Assembly: GCA_963668315.1 (NCBI GenBank)
Contig: OY764216.1
Coordinates: forward strand, 4,224,001 to 4,288,000
Source of the DNA: Spirochaetia bacterium
GTDB lineage: Bacteria > Spirochaetota > Spirochaetia > DSM-2461
DNA length: 64,000 nucleotides
Direction of reading: 5' to 3'
Shown: positions 47,209-56,664 of the stretch, piece after piece
Numbering within the stretch: position 1 is the stretch's first letter
Layout of the letters: every line of letters begins with the position of its first letter
Program-made: the position numbers and the translations under genes
The notes under the pieces: model-generated
What the model was told of the DNA's origin: nothing
The model's database searches: none
What the model saw: only the letters and a program-made list of their open reading frames with translations

Positions 47209-49638
47209 TTATCTATCTATTTTCTCTTTAAGAAAATCGGCAAGCTTAACGACATGGGGTTGATTCAAGATCCCCATATGATCATCGGGGAGTTCCAGAA
47301 TACCAACTTGACCGGATGTCAAATCATTCCATCCCAGATCATCACTGAAGCTTTCTCCCTTGCTGTAAACATTTGTCAAAGCCCTTATCAGATAAATATC
47401 CCCGTCAATGGGAGTGGCTACCTTATCAAATACTTCGATGGCCTGATCATTGATGAAATCCCGCATCGCCTCGATATAAGCCTGATCTGGATTTAATTTA
47501 TTCTTTGGCTCTCCAGGTTTTCCCGATCTGTGTTTAAGAGACCTTAAGGCAGAGTATATCTTACCGAACGGCGTAAGTCTACGTGCATGGGGAAGATGGG
47601 AATCCAGAATAAACAGTTCCCCCCTGGCCCCTTCATTCGCTTTAATGAGTTTTGATGCTTCAAAAGCTATCATGCCCGCAATTGAAACTCCCAGAATATG
47701 ACAGGGCCCCTGGGGATAATACTTGCGGATATCCCTTAAATAAGCCCCGGCCATTCCCTGGATGGACACATACTCCCACTCGTCAATGGTTCCCCGCTGT
47801 ATATTATCTATCAGCTGTTCCTCATAGGGAAGGAATACACCATAAACTGGTCTCTCCCCTTCAAAACAGGCGGCCAGTTCTGAATAGATGTCAATTCCCC
47901 CCAGACAGAAGAGAGGGACCCCTTCAGTCGTATTATTCAGAAGGAGCACGGTCATCTCCTTATCTGATCCGGATTTAGCCTGATTTATCATATCATCGAT
48001 CACGGGATTCATGAAGAACGCCCCCAAGGGAACCGTCAGTCCGCAGAACTCACCAATCTCCCTTAAAAGCTGAACCGCCAGAATTGAATTCCCCCCAATT
48101 TCAAAAAAATTCTGATCTGTCGAGATATCCTCCCGCTGTAGAACCCTTTTCCAGACAAAGAGGATTTTCTCCTTTAAAGACAGGTCATCCCCATTTCCCT
48201 CAAGAACGATCTCCTTCACCTGCGGAAGGGGTAGATTTTTTCTGTCAATCTTGCCGTTTGTGTTCAGGAGAAACTTATCGAGGCGGACGAAATAGGCGGG
48301 GATCATATAATCGGGAAGAATCCGGGAAAGATGCTCCACCAGCACTCGCTCCTCCACAGGTTTACGTTCTATCAAATAGGCCACCAGATCCTTCATACCC
48401 TTGCGGACAACTTGAGGATGGACAACTGCACTTGCGATCTCGTCAAGCGTCAGAAGAGCGCTCTCGATTTCTCCCAGTTCGATCCGGAAACCGCGGATTT
48501 TCACCTGAAAGTCGGAACGGCCCAGACACTCAAGCCTGCCGTCGGCCATATAACGGACCAGATCTCCGGTCTTATATATGGTCTCCCCGGGGGTAAAGGG
48601 ATTGGGGATAAACACTTTCTCGGTCAAATCGGGCCTTTTAAAATAACCCGCAGCCAGCCCTTTGCCTCCTATGAAAAGATCCCCTTCGACCCCATGGAGC
48701 ACTTTATTCATATTCTCATCAAGAATATAGATTTCCGTATTATCAATGGGTTCACCTATGGATATAGGTTTATCCCTCTCCACTTTTTCGATGGTAGACC
48801 ACACGGTCGTTTCTGTCGGACCATACATGTTCCAAAGCTCGCCGCAACGGTCCAATAATTCCTCTGCCAGTTCCGGCGTTAACGCTTCCCCTCCGCATAA
48901 CACCTTCAGATTATCCTTCCCTTTCCAGCCTGCGTCGATAAGCATTCTCCATGTTACGGGAGTAGCCTGCATTACGGTAATGTCATAACTATCCAGGGCA
49001 GAAATTATGGAATCGGGATCATGTGATTCATTTTTATCCAGAAGAAACAATTGCGCACCCGTACGAATAGGCAAGAAAATCTCAAGTACGGAAATATCAA
49101 AGGATACCGTTGTGACAGCAAGAAGTCGATCATTTGCTGTTAATCCGGGTTTCTTAGCCATGGAATCGAGAAAATTGTCCATGGCAGGGCGGGGTATCAT
49201 AACCCCCTTAGGTTTACCGGTGGAACCGGAAGTAAAGATAATGTAGGCAATACTCTCTCTGTCCTGGCAAAACTCCCGGCTCACTGGTTCTGGAACACTC
49301 TCATCGGAGGAAAGAGAATCCACATCAATCTTGACAGAATCAGAAGGAAGCTTTGACAGATAATGGCCATGAGTAAGAATCAGGTCCGGTTTAACATCCT
49401 CCAGAATCATATTAATCCTTTCGGCAGGATGGTCCGGGTCCAGAGGGATATAAGTGTTGCCGGTAATAAGGCAAGCATTTACTGCGGCGACAAGAGCAGG
49501 AGTTCTATCCAGGTAGATACCTACGTTTAACCCCGTTTTGGGGAATTCTGAAATCCTATGACAGATAAGATTAATAAGATTCCCAAACTCAACTTTTTCC
49601 CCATGGTAGACTAGCGTATCCATTGCTTCTTTCGTCAT
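47209..49638 (-). CDS. NRPS-like protein A(Gly predicted)-T-TE
   Basis: FTSGSTGKPKG, NMYGPTETTVW, YKTGDL; pocket residues read by eye DILQLGMVWK (Gly-type); T FFEIGGNSIL; TE GVSIAG and DDHM. Confidence 0.88.
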   Translation of the reverse strand: MTKEAMDTLVYHGEKVEFGNLINLICHRISEFPKTGLNVGIYLDRTPALVAAVNACLITGNTYIPLDPDHPAERINMILEDVKPDLILTHGHYLSKLPSDSVKIDVDSLSSDESVPEPVSREFCQDRESIAYIIFTSGSTGKPKGVMIPRPAMDNFLDSMAKKPGLTANDRLLAVTTVSFDISVLEIFLPIRTGAQLFLLDKNESHDPDSIISALDSYDITVMQATPVTWRMLIDAGWKGKDNLKVLCGGEALTPELAEELLDRCGELWNMYGPTETTVWSTIEKVERDKPISIGEPIDNTEIYILDENMNKVLHGVEGDLFIGGKGLAAGYFKRPDLTEKVFIPNPFTPGETIYKTGDLVRYMADGRLECLGRSDFQVKIRGFRIELGEIESALLTLDEIASAVVHPQVVRKGMKDLVAYLIERKPVEERVLVEHLSRILPDYMIPAYFVRLDKFLLNTNGKIDRKNLPLPQVKEIVLEGNGDDLSLKEKILFVWKRVLQREDISTDQNFFEIGGNSILAVQLLREIGEFCGLTVPLGAFFMNPVIDDMINQAKSGSDKEMTVLLLNNTTEGVPLFCLGGIDIYSELAACFEGERPVYGVFLPYEEQLIDNIQRGTIDEWEYVSIQGMAGAYLRDIRKYYPQGPCHILGVSIAGMIAFEASKLIKANEGARGELFILDSHLPHARRLTPFGKIYSALRSLKHRSGKPGEPKNKLNPDQAYIEAMRDFINDQAIEVFDKVATPIDGDIYLIRALTNVYSKGESFSDDLGWNDLTSGQVGILELPDDHMGILNQPHVVKLADFLKEKIDR

Positions 49639-49670
49639 GATCTTTCTCCTACATTATTATGCAATAGATT

Positions 49671-50588
49671 TCAGTCGTATAAACCGGCAGGAGGTGCGGG
49701 GATTTTTTCCAAACGGGCCCCCAGTTTAAAGCGGCTTCTCTGCCATGCTCTGAGAGATTTTCGAAATGCCAGATCGGGATATCTTTTCATAGGGCTGAAC
49801 ATGGCCTTCAGGTATCCCAAGAGGATATAAAATCCTCCGACGATATAGGGTTTTTCGGTACTTCTGTAAATAGAAATAGCAATGACATACCAAAGGGGAG
49901 TCCCCATAAAGTACTGTCCCCTTCCCCATCGAAGACGACCGGTGTAAATTCCTTTGAAAGAAGATCCCATCTGCCTTAGATGAATAAATTCAAGCTCCCT
50001 ATTCCTGATGCTTCGCGTCCTCCAACCGAACATACGGGCCCGGTGAAAGGTAATACCGTCCCAGTGTACTTCTTTAACAAAACCGCCGATCTGTTCAAAA
50101 CATTCCCGGCGATAAAAATTTATCATGCCGGCGACCATCTCATCGTTGTGACGCTCTTCTACCAGTTTACCGTTTTCATTAACATAGGGCTTACCGCTGG
50201 CCGCTCCCAATTGGGGGTCCTTATCAAAATAATCAAGAAGGGTATCAAAATATCTACTCTTGAAGTCAATATCTCCGTCCATCTTGCAGATAAAATCATA
50301 ATCTTTGCTTTCGATCCTGTCATAACCATAATAGAAAGCTTCAACCACTCCGGGACCGACAGCCCGTTCTCCCCGATCCGGTTTCTGAATAAGCCGAATC
50401 CACGGATTATTCTTACTCGCCTCACGAACCAGCTCCGCCGTTCTGTCCTTGGAACCGTCATCCACGACGATCCATTCGACGGGAAGAACACCTTCCTGAT
50501 TAATTAGGGAATCTATCGTCTTTTGAATGTACTCTTCTTCATCTCTCACGGGAGACACTATTACGATTTTGTCTTTTCTTTGGCTCAT
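49671..50588 (-). CDS. Glycosyltransferase family 2
   Basis: VSPVRDEE, VVDDGSKD, KMDGD, CFEQIGGF. Confidence 0.9.
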   Translation of the reverse strand: MSQRKDKIVIVSPVRDEEEYIQKTIDSLINQEGVLPVEWIVVDDGSKDRTAELVREASKNNPWIRLIQKPDRGERAVGPGVVEAFYYGYDRIESKDYDFICKMDGDIDFKSRYFDTLLDYFDKDPQLGAASGKPYVNENGKLVEERHNDEMVAGMINFYRRECFEQIGGFVKEVHWDGITFHRARMFGWRTRSIRNRELEFIHLRQMGSSFKGIYTGRLRWGRGQYFMGTPLWYVIAISIYRSTEKPYIVGGFYILLGYLKAMFSPMKRYPDLAFRKSLRAWQRSRFKLGARLEKIPAPPAGLYD

Positions 50589-50614
50589 TTTCCTATCCTT
50601 ATTACTATGTACTA

Positions 50615-51679
50615 CTATAGATCTTTTCGAATCAATTTATCCAACTCAACGGCAATCTTTTTATTGTTCTCCACCGTAATATGACCATCACTCTTAAAAT
50701 TAACTGGATTTTTCGTCGAAACTATATCCCCGGTATTAAGATAATCCACCTCCAAATCGTCAAGAAAAGAAGTAAAACTTTCTCCCAAAGCATCATTGTA
50801 TTTCTGCGTTTCAATGAGAATAACGACAGGAGTACAACCGTATTCCCTCGCTTCCTTGACGAAAAGAGAAATGAGATCTTCAGCCTGTGAAACGATCTCT
50901 TCATTAAACTTATGATTGTGGAATACTTTTTCCGTTACATTATTATTATGCTTACTCTTATACCACCGTTTAATAAAACGTCCTATTATTGAATAATCAA
51001 GGACATTACGTTTATAGATAAAGGGGGAATAGGATTTATCGTACTTCTCCAGCAAATCAAGATTTTCATTCCACAACTCTCTATCAGACAACGCCGTCTG
51101 CAAATCTTCAAAGGAGTTAATATAAGGAGTAATCTGTTCATAACCTTCCGGAGAGACAACAAACTGGGAGTAAAATGACCCCATGGGAGTATCCACCCCA
51201 ATCGTGTCGTTAGTCATAGCATTAATATACTTTAGAGAAGAATCCAAAACTCCGAGAGCTGCAAATCTAGATGTACATACATCCTTATCGACCAAGAAAG
51301 AGGATAGTGAGTGATTTATAGGAGAAGCGGGTCCATCAATCTTTCTTACGAGAAGCTCATTATCCAACCCTATCAGCTGATCGGCGATATGATTACTAAA
51401 CGACATACCATAAAAAGTAATATCTGCGGTTGTGCCTCTTTGTCTGAATTTCTCGTCGCTAATCCAACCGGAATGAAGTACTGAATTCGCTGGAATTTCC
51501 TTTTTGAACATTTCACGAATTTGCATTTCCGTAGAGAGCCCATAGGAAAAAAATTTATTTAGCTTCTCATTATTAAGAACTTTCAGTAAAAACTGTGAAC
51601 CAATATCAAAAACCACAAGCCAGACGATAATGATCAGCGATGTTCTTTCTAATTTGTGAATAATTTCTCTCATATTCAA
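50615..51679 (-). CDS. Membrane-anchored SGNH-like (AlgJ/AlgX/PatB/DltD-analogous) protein
   Basis: N-terminal TM helix; FYGMSFS (GxS-like) and C-terminal SDGH (DxH); 6 bp downstream of the MBOAT gene. Confidence 0.55.
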   Translation of the reverse strand: MNMREIIHKLERTSLIIIVWLVVFDIGSQFLLKVLNNEKLNKFFSYGLSTEMQIREMFKKEIPANSVLHSGWISDEKFRQRGTTADITFYGMSFSNHIADQLIGLDNELLVRKIDGPASPINHSLSSFLVDKDVCTSRFAALGVLDSSLKYINAMTNDTIGVDTPMGSFYSQFVVSPEGYEQITPYINSFEDLQTALSDRELWNENLDLLEKYDKSYSPFIYKRNVLDYSIIGRFIKRWYKSKHNNNVTEKVFHNHKFNEEIVSQAEDLISLFVKEAREYGCTPVVILIETQKYNDALGESFTSFLDDLEVDYLNTGDIVSTKNPVNFKSDGHITVENNKKIAVELDKLIRKDL

Positions 51680-51685
51680 GCTCCT

Positions 51686-53089
51686 TTAGAATTGAAAGTA
51701 GATAAACTCAGCCGGAGCGTTAGTCATGCCCATAAATAGAATGAATAAAGACAGAGCATACATAAAAGACCGTACGACTTTATGGTAGGAAAAATAAAAA
51801 GCTGCATTATCGTGGACAACACTAATGACATCAAATATAAACAGAAACATTATACCTATTAACGTTGCGATGGAAGGAATATGTATAATAGAATGAAGCG
51901 TATCTAGATGAATCAGCAATTCCGTAAACTGAACTATCTGGCTTAGTGAATTAGCCCTAAATAATAGCCATCCGTAGCATGTCACCTGGAAGAAAAATAC
52001 AATAGCTAACAAATTGATGGCAGGATTTTTCGTTCTTCTTTTCTTCTTTTGAAAAAGCCGATAGAGGACAAGAATAACACCCTGGTATGTACCCCAGAGA
52101 ACAAAATTCCAGGCAGCCCCATGCCAGAGTCCTCCCAAAACCATAGTAATAATCAGATTGCGATAGGTACAGAAAGAACCTTTCCGATTGCCACCCAATG
52201 GAATATAAAGATAGTCTCTAAGCCAGGAGGAGAGACTAATGTGCCATCGATTCCAGAATTCACTGGGATCTTTGGAAATATAGGGGACTCGGAAATTCTC
52301 CATAAGTTCAAAGCCCATCATCTTAGAAACACCTCTGGCGATATCGGAATATCCAGAAAAATCACAGTAGATTTGCAAAGCAAAAAGATAAGTGGCCAAT
52401 ATGACATCTATCCCAGTAACTCCGCCGGCAGCATTATAGATCTGATTTACAGAGGGAGCCACCCCATCGGCAATAACAACTTTCTTAAAAAGGCCGAAAA
52501 CTATGAGAAACAATCCCCTTCGGATTTTCTCATAGGTCACAACTCTTTCGGTAGTAACATTAGGTAGAAGGTTTTTCGCCCTTTCAATAGGCCCGGCTAC
52601 CAACTGGGGAAAGAAAGAAACAAATAGAGCAAAATCAAAAAAATTGTCACAAGGCTTCAATTCTTTCCGATAGACATCAATTGTATAACTCATCGTTTGA
52701 AAAGTATAGAAGGATATCCCCACAGGAAGAAGAATGTTCAATGTGGAAAAATTCACATTCAGATTAAATGTTTGCAGAAAATCGATCAAAGACTGGGTGA
52801 AAAAATTAAAATACTTGAAAAAAGCTAAAATACCAAGATTACAAAACATGGAGAGAAATAGCCATTTTTTACGAACAAGCTTATCAACGGAAGCATCAAG
52901 TTTACGTCCTACCATATAATCGATTACTGTGGAAATAACGATCAAACTCAGAAAACGCCAATTCCAACATCCATAAAAAAAATAACTGGCAATTAGAAGA
53001 ATTCTATTCTGCCATTTGTGTTGCACACTTAAATAGAGTACATAAACAATGGCAAAAAAAATAAGGAAGGACAAACTATTGAACGTCAT
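51686..53089 (-). CDS. MBOAT-family O-acyltransferase (AlgI/PatA/DltB-like)
   Basis: LPVGISFYTFQTMSY, FFPQLVAGPIER, YCDFSGYSDIA, FWNRWHISLSSWLRDYLYIPLGG, GLWHGA. Confidence 0.93.
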   Translation of the reverse strand: MTFNSLSFLIFFAIVYVLYLSVQHKWQNRILLIASYFFYGCWNWRFLSLIVISTVIDYMVGRKLDASVDKLVRKKWLFLSMFCNLGILAFFKYFNFFTQSLIDFLQTFNLNVNFSTLNILLPVGISFYTFQTMSYTIDVYRKELKPCDNFFDFALFVSFFPQLVAGPIERAKNLLPNVTTERVVTYEKIRRGLFLIVFGLFKKVVIADGVAPSVNQIYNAAGGVTGIDVILATYLFALQIYCDFSGYSDIARGVSKMMGFELMENFRVPYISKDPSEFWNRWHISLSSWLRDYLYIPLGGNRKGSFCTYRNLIITMVLGGLWHGAAWNFVLWGTYQGVILVLYRLFQKKKRRTKNPAINLLAIVFFFQVTCYGWLLFRANSLSQIVQFTELLIHLDTLHSIIHIPSIATLIGIMFLFIFDVISVVHDNAAFYFSYHKVVRSFMYALSLFILFMGMTNAPAEFIYFQF

Positions 53090-53455
53090 ACTTTTTTTTA
53101 CTTTTCCTTAAAACATTAGTTATCGATAAAGTTATCACAGATTATCATTTTTTTCTAACATTCATAAATGAAATATTTTTTTTAACCCATATCACTTTTA
53201 ATACAAAAAAAAGGAGAAAACATTTGGTGAATTAAATTTTAACCAATAATTAATATCCCTACTTGATAACAATATCAGATCTGCCCTAAAAACAATAAAA
53301 ATAAAACCATAGTGCATAATAATACCTTACTATAAATGTGTTATTTTTATATAAAGGTGCTAGAATATTATTTGTGATACAGGATGACAAATGGAAAGTA
53401 ATATATTTTCCGAAAATAGTTATCCGCAATTATATAATAAAGGAAATAATACTCC

Positions 53456-54430
53456 ATGGAACTCTCCATAATCATTGTCAGTTACAATACAAAAGAAATA
53501 CTGAAGAAATGCCTCCAACTTTTATATAATGATATTGGAAATATAAATACCGAAATTCTTATTATAGATAATGCCTCCCATGACGGATCACCGGATATGA
53601 TAGAACAAGATTTTCCCAATGTGCGTCTTATCCGCTGCGAAAAGAATTATGGTTTTGGTAAAGCAAATAATATTGCGATGAAAGAAGCCAAGGGAGATTA
53701 CTTTCTTCTCTTGAACTCTGACGCCTACGTTAAACCGGGTGTGATTGACTCAACTCTGGATTATATGAAAAATAATTCCGATGTTGGGATTCTTGGTGTA
53801 AAATTGGTTGATAAGGAAGGCAACCTACAGCCATCCGCCCGGCATTTTCCTTCTTCCTTCTCAAAGTTTATTGTTTTAGCCGGAATATCAAAACATTTTC
53901 CTCATTCAAGATTATTAGGGGGACCTGACTATTCCTGGTGGGACCATAGTTCCATTAAAAATGTCGACTGGGTTGTGGGAGCTTACTTCATGATCCGAAA
54001 AGATGTTGCTGAGCAAGTCGGTTATTTTGATGAAAGATATTTTCTATACTACGAAGAGACCGATTTTTGTCTGCAGGTCAAAAGAAAAGGCTATAAGGTT
54101 ATATTTTATCCCTATGCCGAGGTAATCCATCTTGGAGGAGAAAGCAGTAAAAAAACGGATAAGCGTGTCTCTGAAGCGGGCAAACAGATCACAAGTATAA
54201 GGGTCGACAGCGAGCAAAAATTCCATTGGAAAAATTTTGGGATTATTCGCATGCTTAGTATTGTTTACGTGGAAGTGTTATGGCTTAGATTATCCATAGG
54301 GAAAAACATTTTATTCCCCCGGAAGGATTCAAAGACAAAAATGAAAAATGCGCGTCTAATAATTGAGCTGCATAAAGATAATATGAAAAATAAAAATTAT
54401 CGCAATACGAGTTATGACTATGCTAAGTGA
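53456..54430 (+). CDS. Glycosyltransferase family 2 (WbbL-like)
   Basis: IIIVSYNT, IDNASHDGS, GFGKANN, LLLNSD, FDERYFLYYEETD. Confidence 0.9.
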   Translation: MELSIIIVSYNTKEILKKCLQLLYNDIGNINTEILIIDNASHDGSPDMIEQDFPNVRLIRCEKNYGFGKANNIAMKEAKGDYFLLLNSDAYVKPGVIDSTLDYMKNNSDVGILGVKLVDKEGNLQPSARHFPSSFSKFIVLAGISKHFPHSRLLGGPDYSWWDHSSIKNVDWVVGAYFMIRKDVAEQVGYFDERYFLYYEETDFCLQVKRKGYKVIFYPYAEVIHLGGESSKKTDKRVSEAGKQITSIRVDSEQKFHWKNFGIIRMLSIVYVEVLWLRLSIGKNILFPRKDSKTKMKNARLIIELHKDNMKNKNYRNTSYDYAK

Positions 54431-54929
54431 ATTACAAAAAGATCTAGCAACATATGGAGGAAACAGATGGGCTCCGGGTTACCGGGTCATGCGTGTCTAC
54501 CGATTCGGGAATTGGCGCTATGAAATAAAGAATCCACTTCTCCGGAAGCCCTTCTCCCTACTATATAAATATCTATATCGAAAAATTATAGAAAAAACAG
54601 GAATTGAACTCCCTTGTGAGGCAAGGGTAGGTCAGAATTTCCGAATCGACCATCAATCGGGAATTGTGGTTAGTGGATTTACGGAAATCGGTGATAACTG
54701 TGTCATTAGAAACGGTGTTACCATAGGATTGAAAAATACTGACGTACTAAAAGCACCAAAAATCGGTAATAATGTAGATATTGGTACCGGAGCGAAAATC
54801 CTTGGAGATATAACTATTGGAGACAATGTTCATATTGGAGCCAATGCAGTTGTCCTGATAGATATTCCATCCAATTCTCTAGCAGTAGGAACACCTGCGC
54901 GCATTATTCCCAAGGAAAACAAAGCATGA
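54414..54929 (+). CDS. Hexapeptide-repeat O-acetyltransferase (WcaB/CysE-like)
   Basis: TGIELP, IDHQSGIVV, IGDNCVIRNGVTIG, PKIGNNVDIGTGAKILG, IGANAVV, VGTPAR. Confidence 0.88.
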   Translation: MTMLSELQKDLATYGGNRWAPGYRVMRVYRFGNWRYEIKNPLLRKPFSLLYKYLYRKIIEKTGIELPCEARVGQNFRIDHQSGIVVSGFTEIGDNCVIRNGVTIGLKNTDVLKAPKIGNNVDIGTGAKILGDITIGDNVHIGANAVVLIDIPSNSLAVGTPARIIPKENKA

Positions 54930-55912
54930 ATCAGCCACTTATTTCAATCGTTATTATTGGCCGCAACGAGGGAGAACGTCTTGGTCGCTGCATCAAAGCT
55001 GTACAGGATCTTGACTATCCCACTCAAAAAAAAGAAATCATCTATGTTGATTCCCGTTCTTCCGACGGTAGCGTAGCATATGCTAAAAAGCTTGGCGTTG
55101 AAAAAGTTTTCACCCTTAAACAGGAAAAAACCTGCGCTGCCATGGGACGCAACATGGGCCTAAGTCAAGCCAAGGGAGAATTAATACTTTTCCTTGACGG
55201 AGACACTCAGATATCAAGGGACTTTTTAACTGTGGCAGTTCCCCACTTCGACAAGGAAGAAATTGCAATTGTTTACGGCCGCCGAAACGAAATACATCCT
55301 GAATCGCTCTATATACGGCTGTGCGGTTCTGACTGGAGCCAGAGGATTCCCGGCTTTACAGAAACGTCAGCCGGAGATGTTCTCATAAGATCAAGTGTCA
55401 TTAGAGATATCGGAGGTTACAAGGAGATAATTGCCGGAGAAGATCCGGAGATGTCCAATAGAGTAATCAACTCCGGTTTTAAAATTCTGTTTATTAATAA
55501 GGACATGGTAAACCATGATTTAGGCATACGCAGTTTTCATCAATACTGGAAGCATTCCGTAAGAAGCGGTTTCGCCTATGCCGTTGTAGCCAATATGACA
55601 AAAAAAAGAGAGATACCCCTTTGGGTGGATAAGAATAGAAAGATTATGTTACAGGGATCAATTTACTTGCTGGCTCCTATTATTACAATCCTTGTTTCAC
55701 TAATTTTGAAAAGCATTCTACCTGCTATTTTCTATTTGATTCTGGGATTTCTCATTGTAGTACGTTCGTATATGAAAAATCGTAAGAAAGGTATGAACGG
55801 CGGGTTCAATTTATTCTATTCCATGCACAGTCATTTTTTAAAAATCCCAATGCTCATTGGACAACTTACTTACCATACGAATAAAAATAAATCCCTCATA
55901 GAATATAAATAG
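54926..55912 (+). CDS. Glycosyltransferase family 2 with C-terminal TM helices
   Basis: VIIGRNEG, YVDSRSSDGS, FLDGD, AGEDPE. Confidence 0.88.
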   Translation: MNQPLISIVIIGRNEGERLGRCIKAVQDLDYPTQKKEIIYVDSRSSDGSVAYAKKLGVEKVFTLKQEKTCAAMGRNMGLSQAKGELILFLDGDTQISRDFLTVAVPHFDKEEIAIVYGRRNEIHPESLYIRLCGSDWSQRIPGFTETSAGDVLIRSSVIRDIGGYKEIIAGEDPEMSNRVINSGFKILFINKDMVNHDLGIRSFHQYWKHSVRSGFAYAVVANMTKKREIPLWVDKNRKIMLQGSIYLLAPIITILVSLILKSILPAIFYLILGFLIVVRSYMKNRKKGMNGGFNLFYSMHSHFLKIPMLIGQLTYHTNKNKSLIEYK

Positions 55913-55920
55913 GACTAATC

Positions 55921-56655
55921 ATGAATAAATCAGTTTACTTCGGCAGTTTAAGATTTGATCATTATACCAGGGAGGAACTGGTCAATAATATACTTGACTA
56001 CAAAGGCACTCTTCAAACTGTGGTAACCCCGAACGTTGATCATGTTATCCGTGCCAATGAATCTCCCGAACTTCTGCCCCTTTACCAAAATGCGGAAATA
56101 AGTGTTAACGACAGCAGAATACTTAATAAGCTATCTCGACTAGCCCGTAAGGATCTGGGAAATGTCATACCCGGAAGTGATCTGACAAAGGAACTCATTG
56201 AAAAATTACATAATACAGAAGTCGCAATAACCGTTATCGGCTGCCGGGACGAGTCCATAAAAATAATCAAAGAGAAATATCATCTAAATAAACTCACTCA
56301 CTATAATCCCCCCATGGGATTCATAGAAGAGGAAGCAGAGATAACCAAATGTGTCGATATGATTGTCAGCAATTCCCCATCCATCATTTTTCTTGCCGTC
56401 GGTTCTCCTCGGCAGGAGATTTTGGCAGGAAGGGCAAAAGAAGCAGGAGCCAAGGGCAGCGCCCTGTGTATAGGAGCCTCCCTCATGTTTCTGGCGGGAG
56501 AAGAAAAAAGGGCTCCTAAGATTATCCAAAAGCTTTCTCTTGAGTGGTTATTCAGGCTTCTTCAGTCCCCCAAAAGACTGGCGAAACGCTATCTTGTGGA
56601 CGGACTGAAGATTATTCCGATCTTAATTAAGGAAATGAATACTTCCAAGAATTAG
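55921..56655 (+). CDS. WecB/TagA/CpsF-family glycosyltransferase (GT26)
   Basis: VVTPNVDH, PGSDL, PPMGF, AVGSPRQE, CIGAS, KRAP, LEWLFRL...RY. Confidence 0.9.
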   Translation: MNKSVYFGSLRFDHYTREELVNNILDYKGTLQTVVTPNVDHVIRANESPELLPLYQNAEISVNDSRILNKLSRLARKDLGNVIPGSDLTKELIEKLHNTEVAITVIGCRDESIKIIKEKYHLNKLTHYNPPMGFIEEEAEITKCVDMIVSNSPSIIFLAVGSPRQEILAGRAKEAGAKGSALCIGASLMFLAGEEKRAPKIIQKLSLEWLFRLLQSPKRLAKRYLVDGLKIIPILIKEMNTSKN

Positions 56656-56664
56656 AATTTTCCC

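Noticed and set aside
54414..54929. cysE (cysteine biosynthesis)
   Set aside because: Short form embedded between glycosyltransferases; better explained as a WcaB-like polysaccharide acetyltransferase
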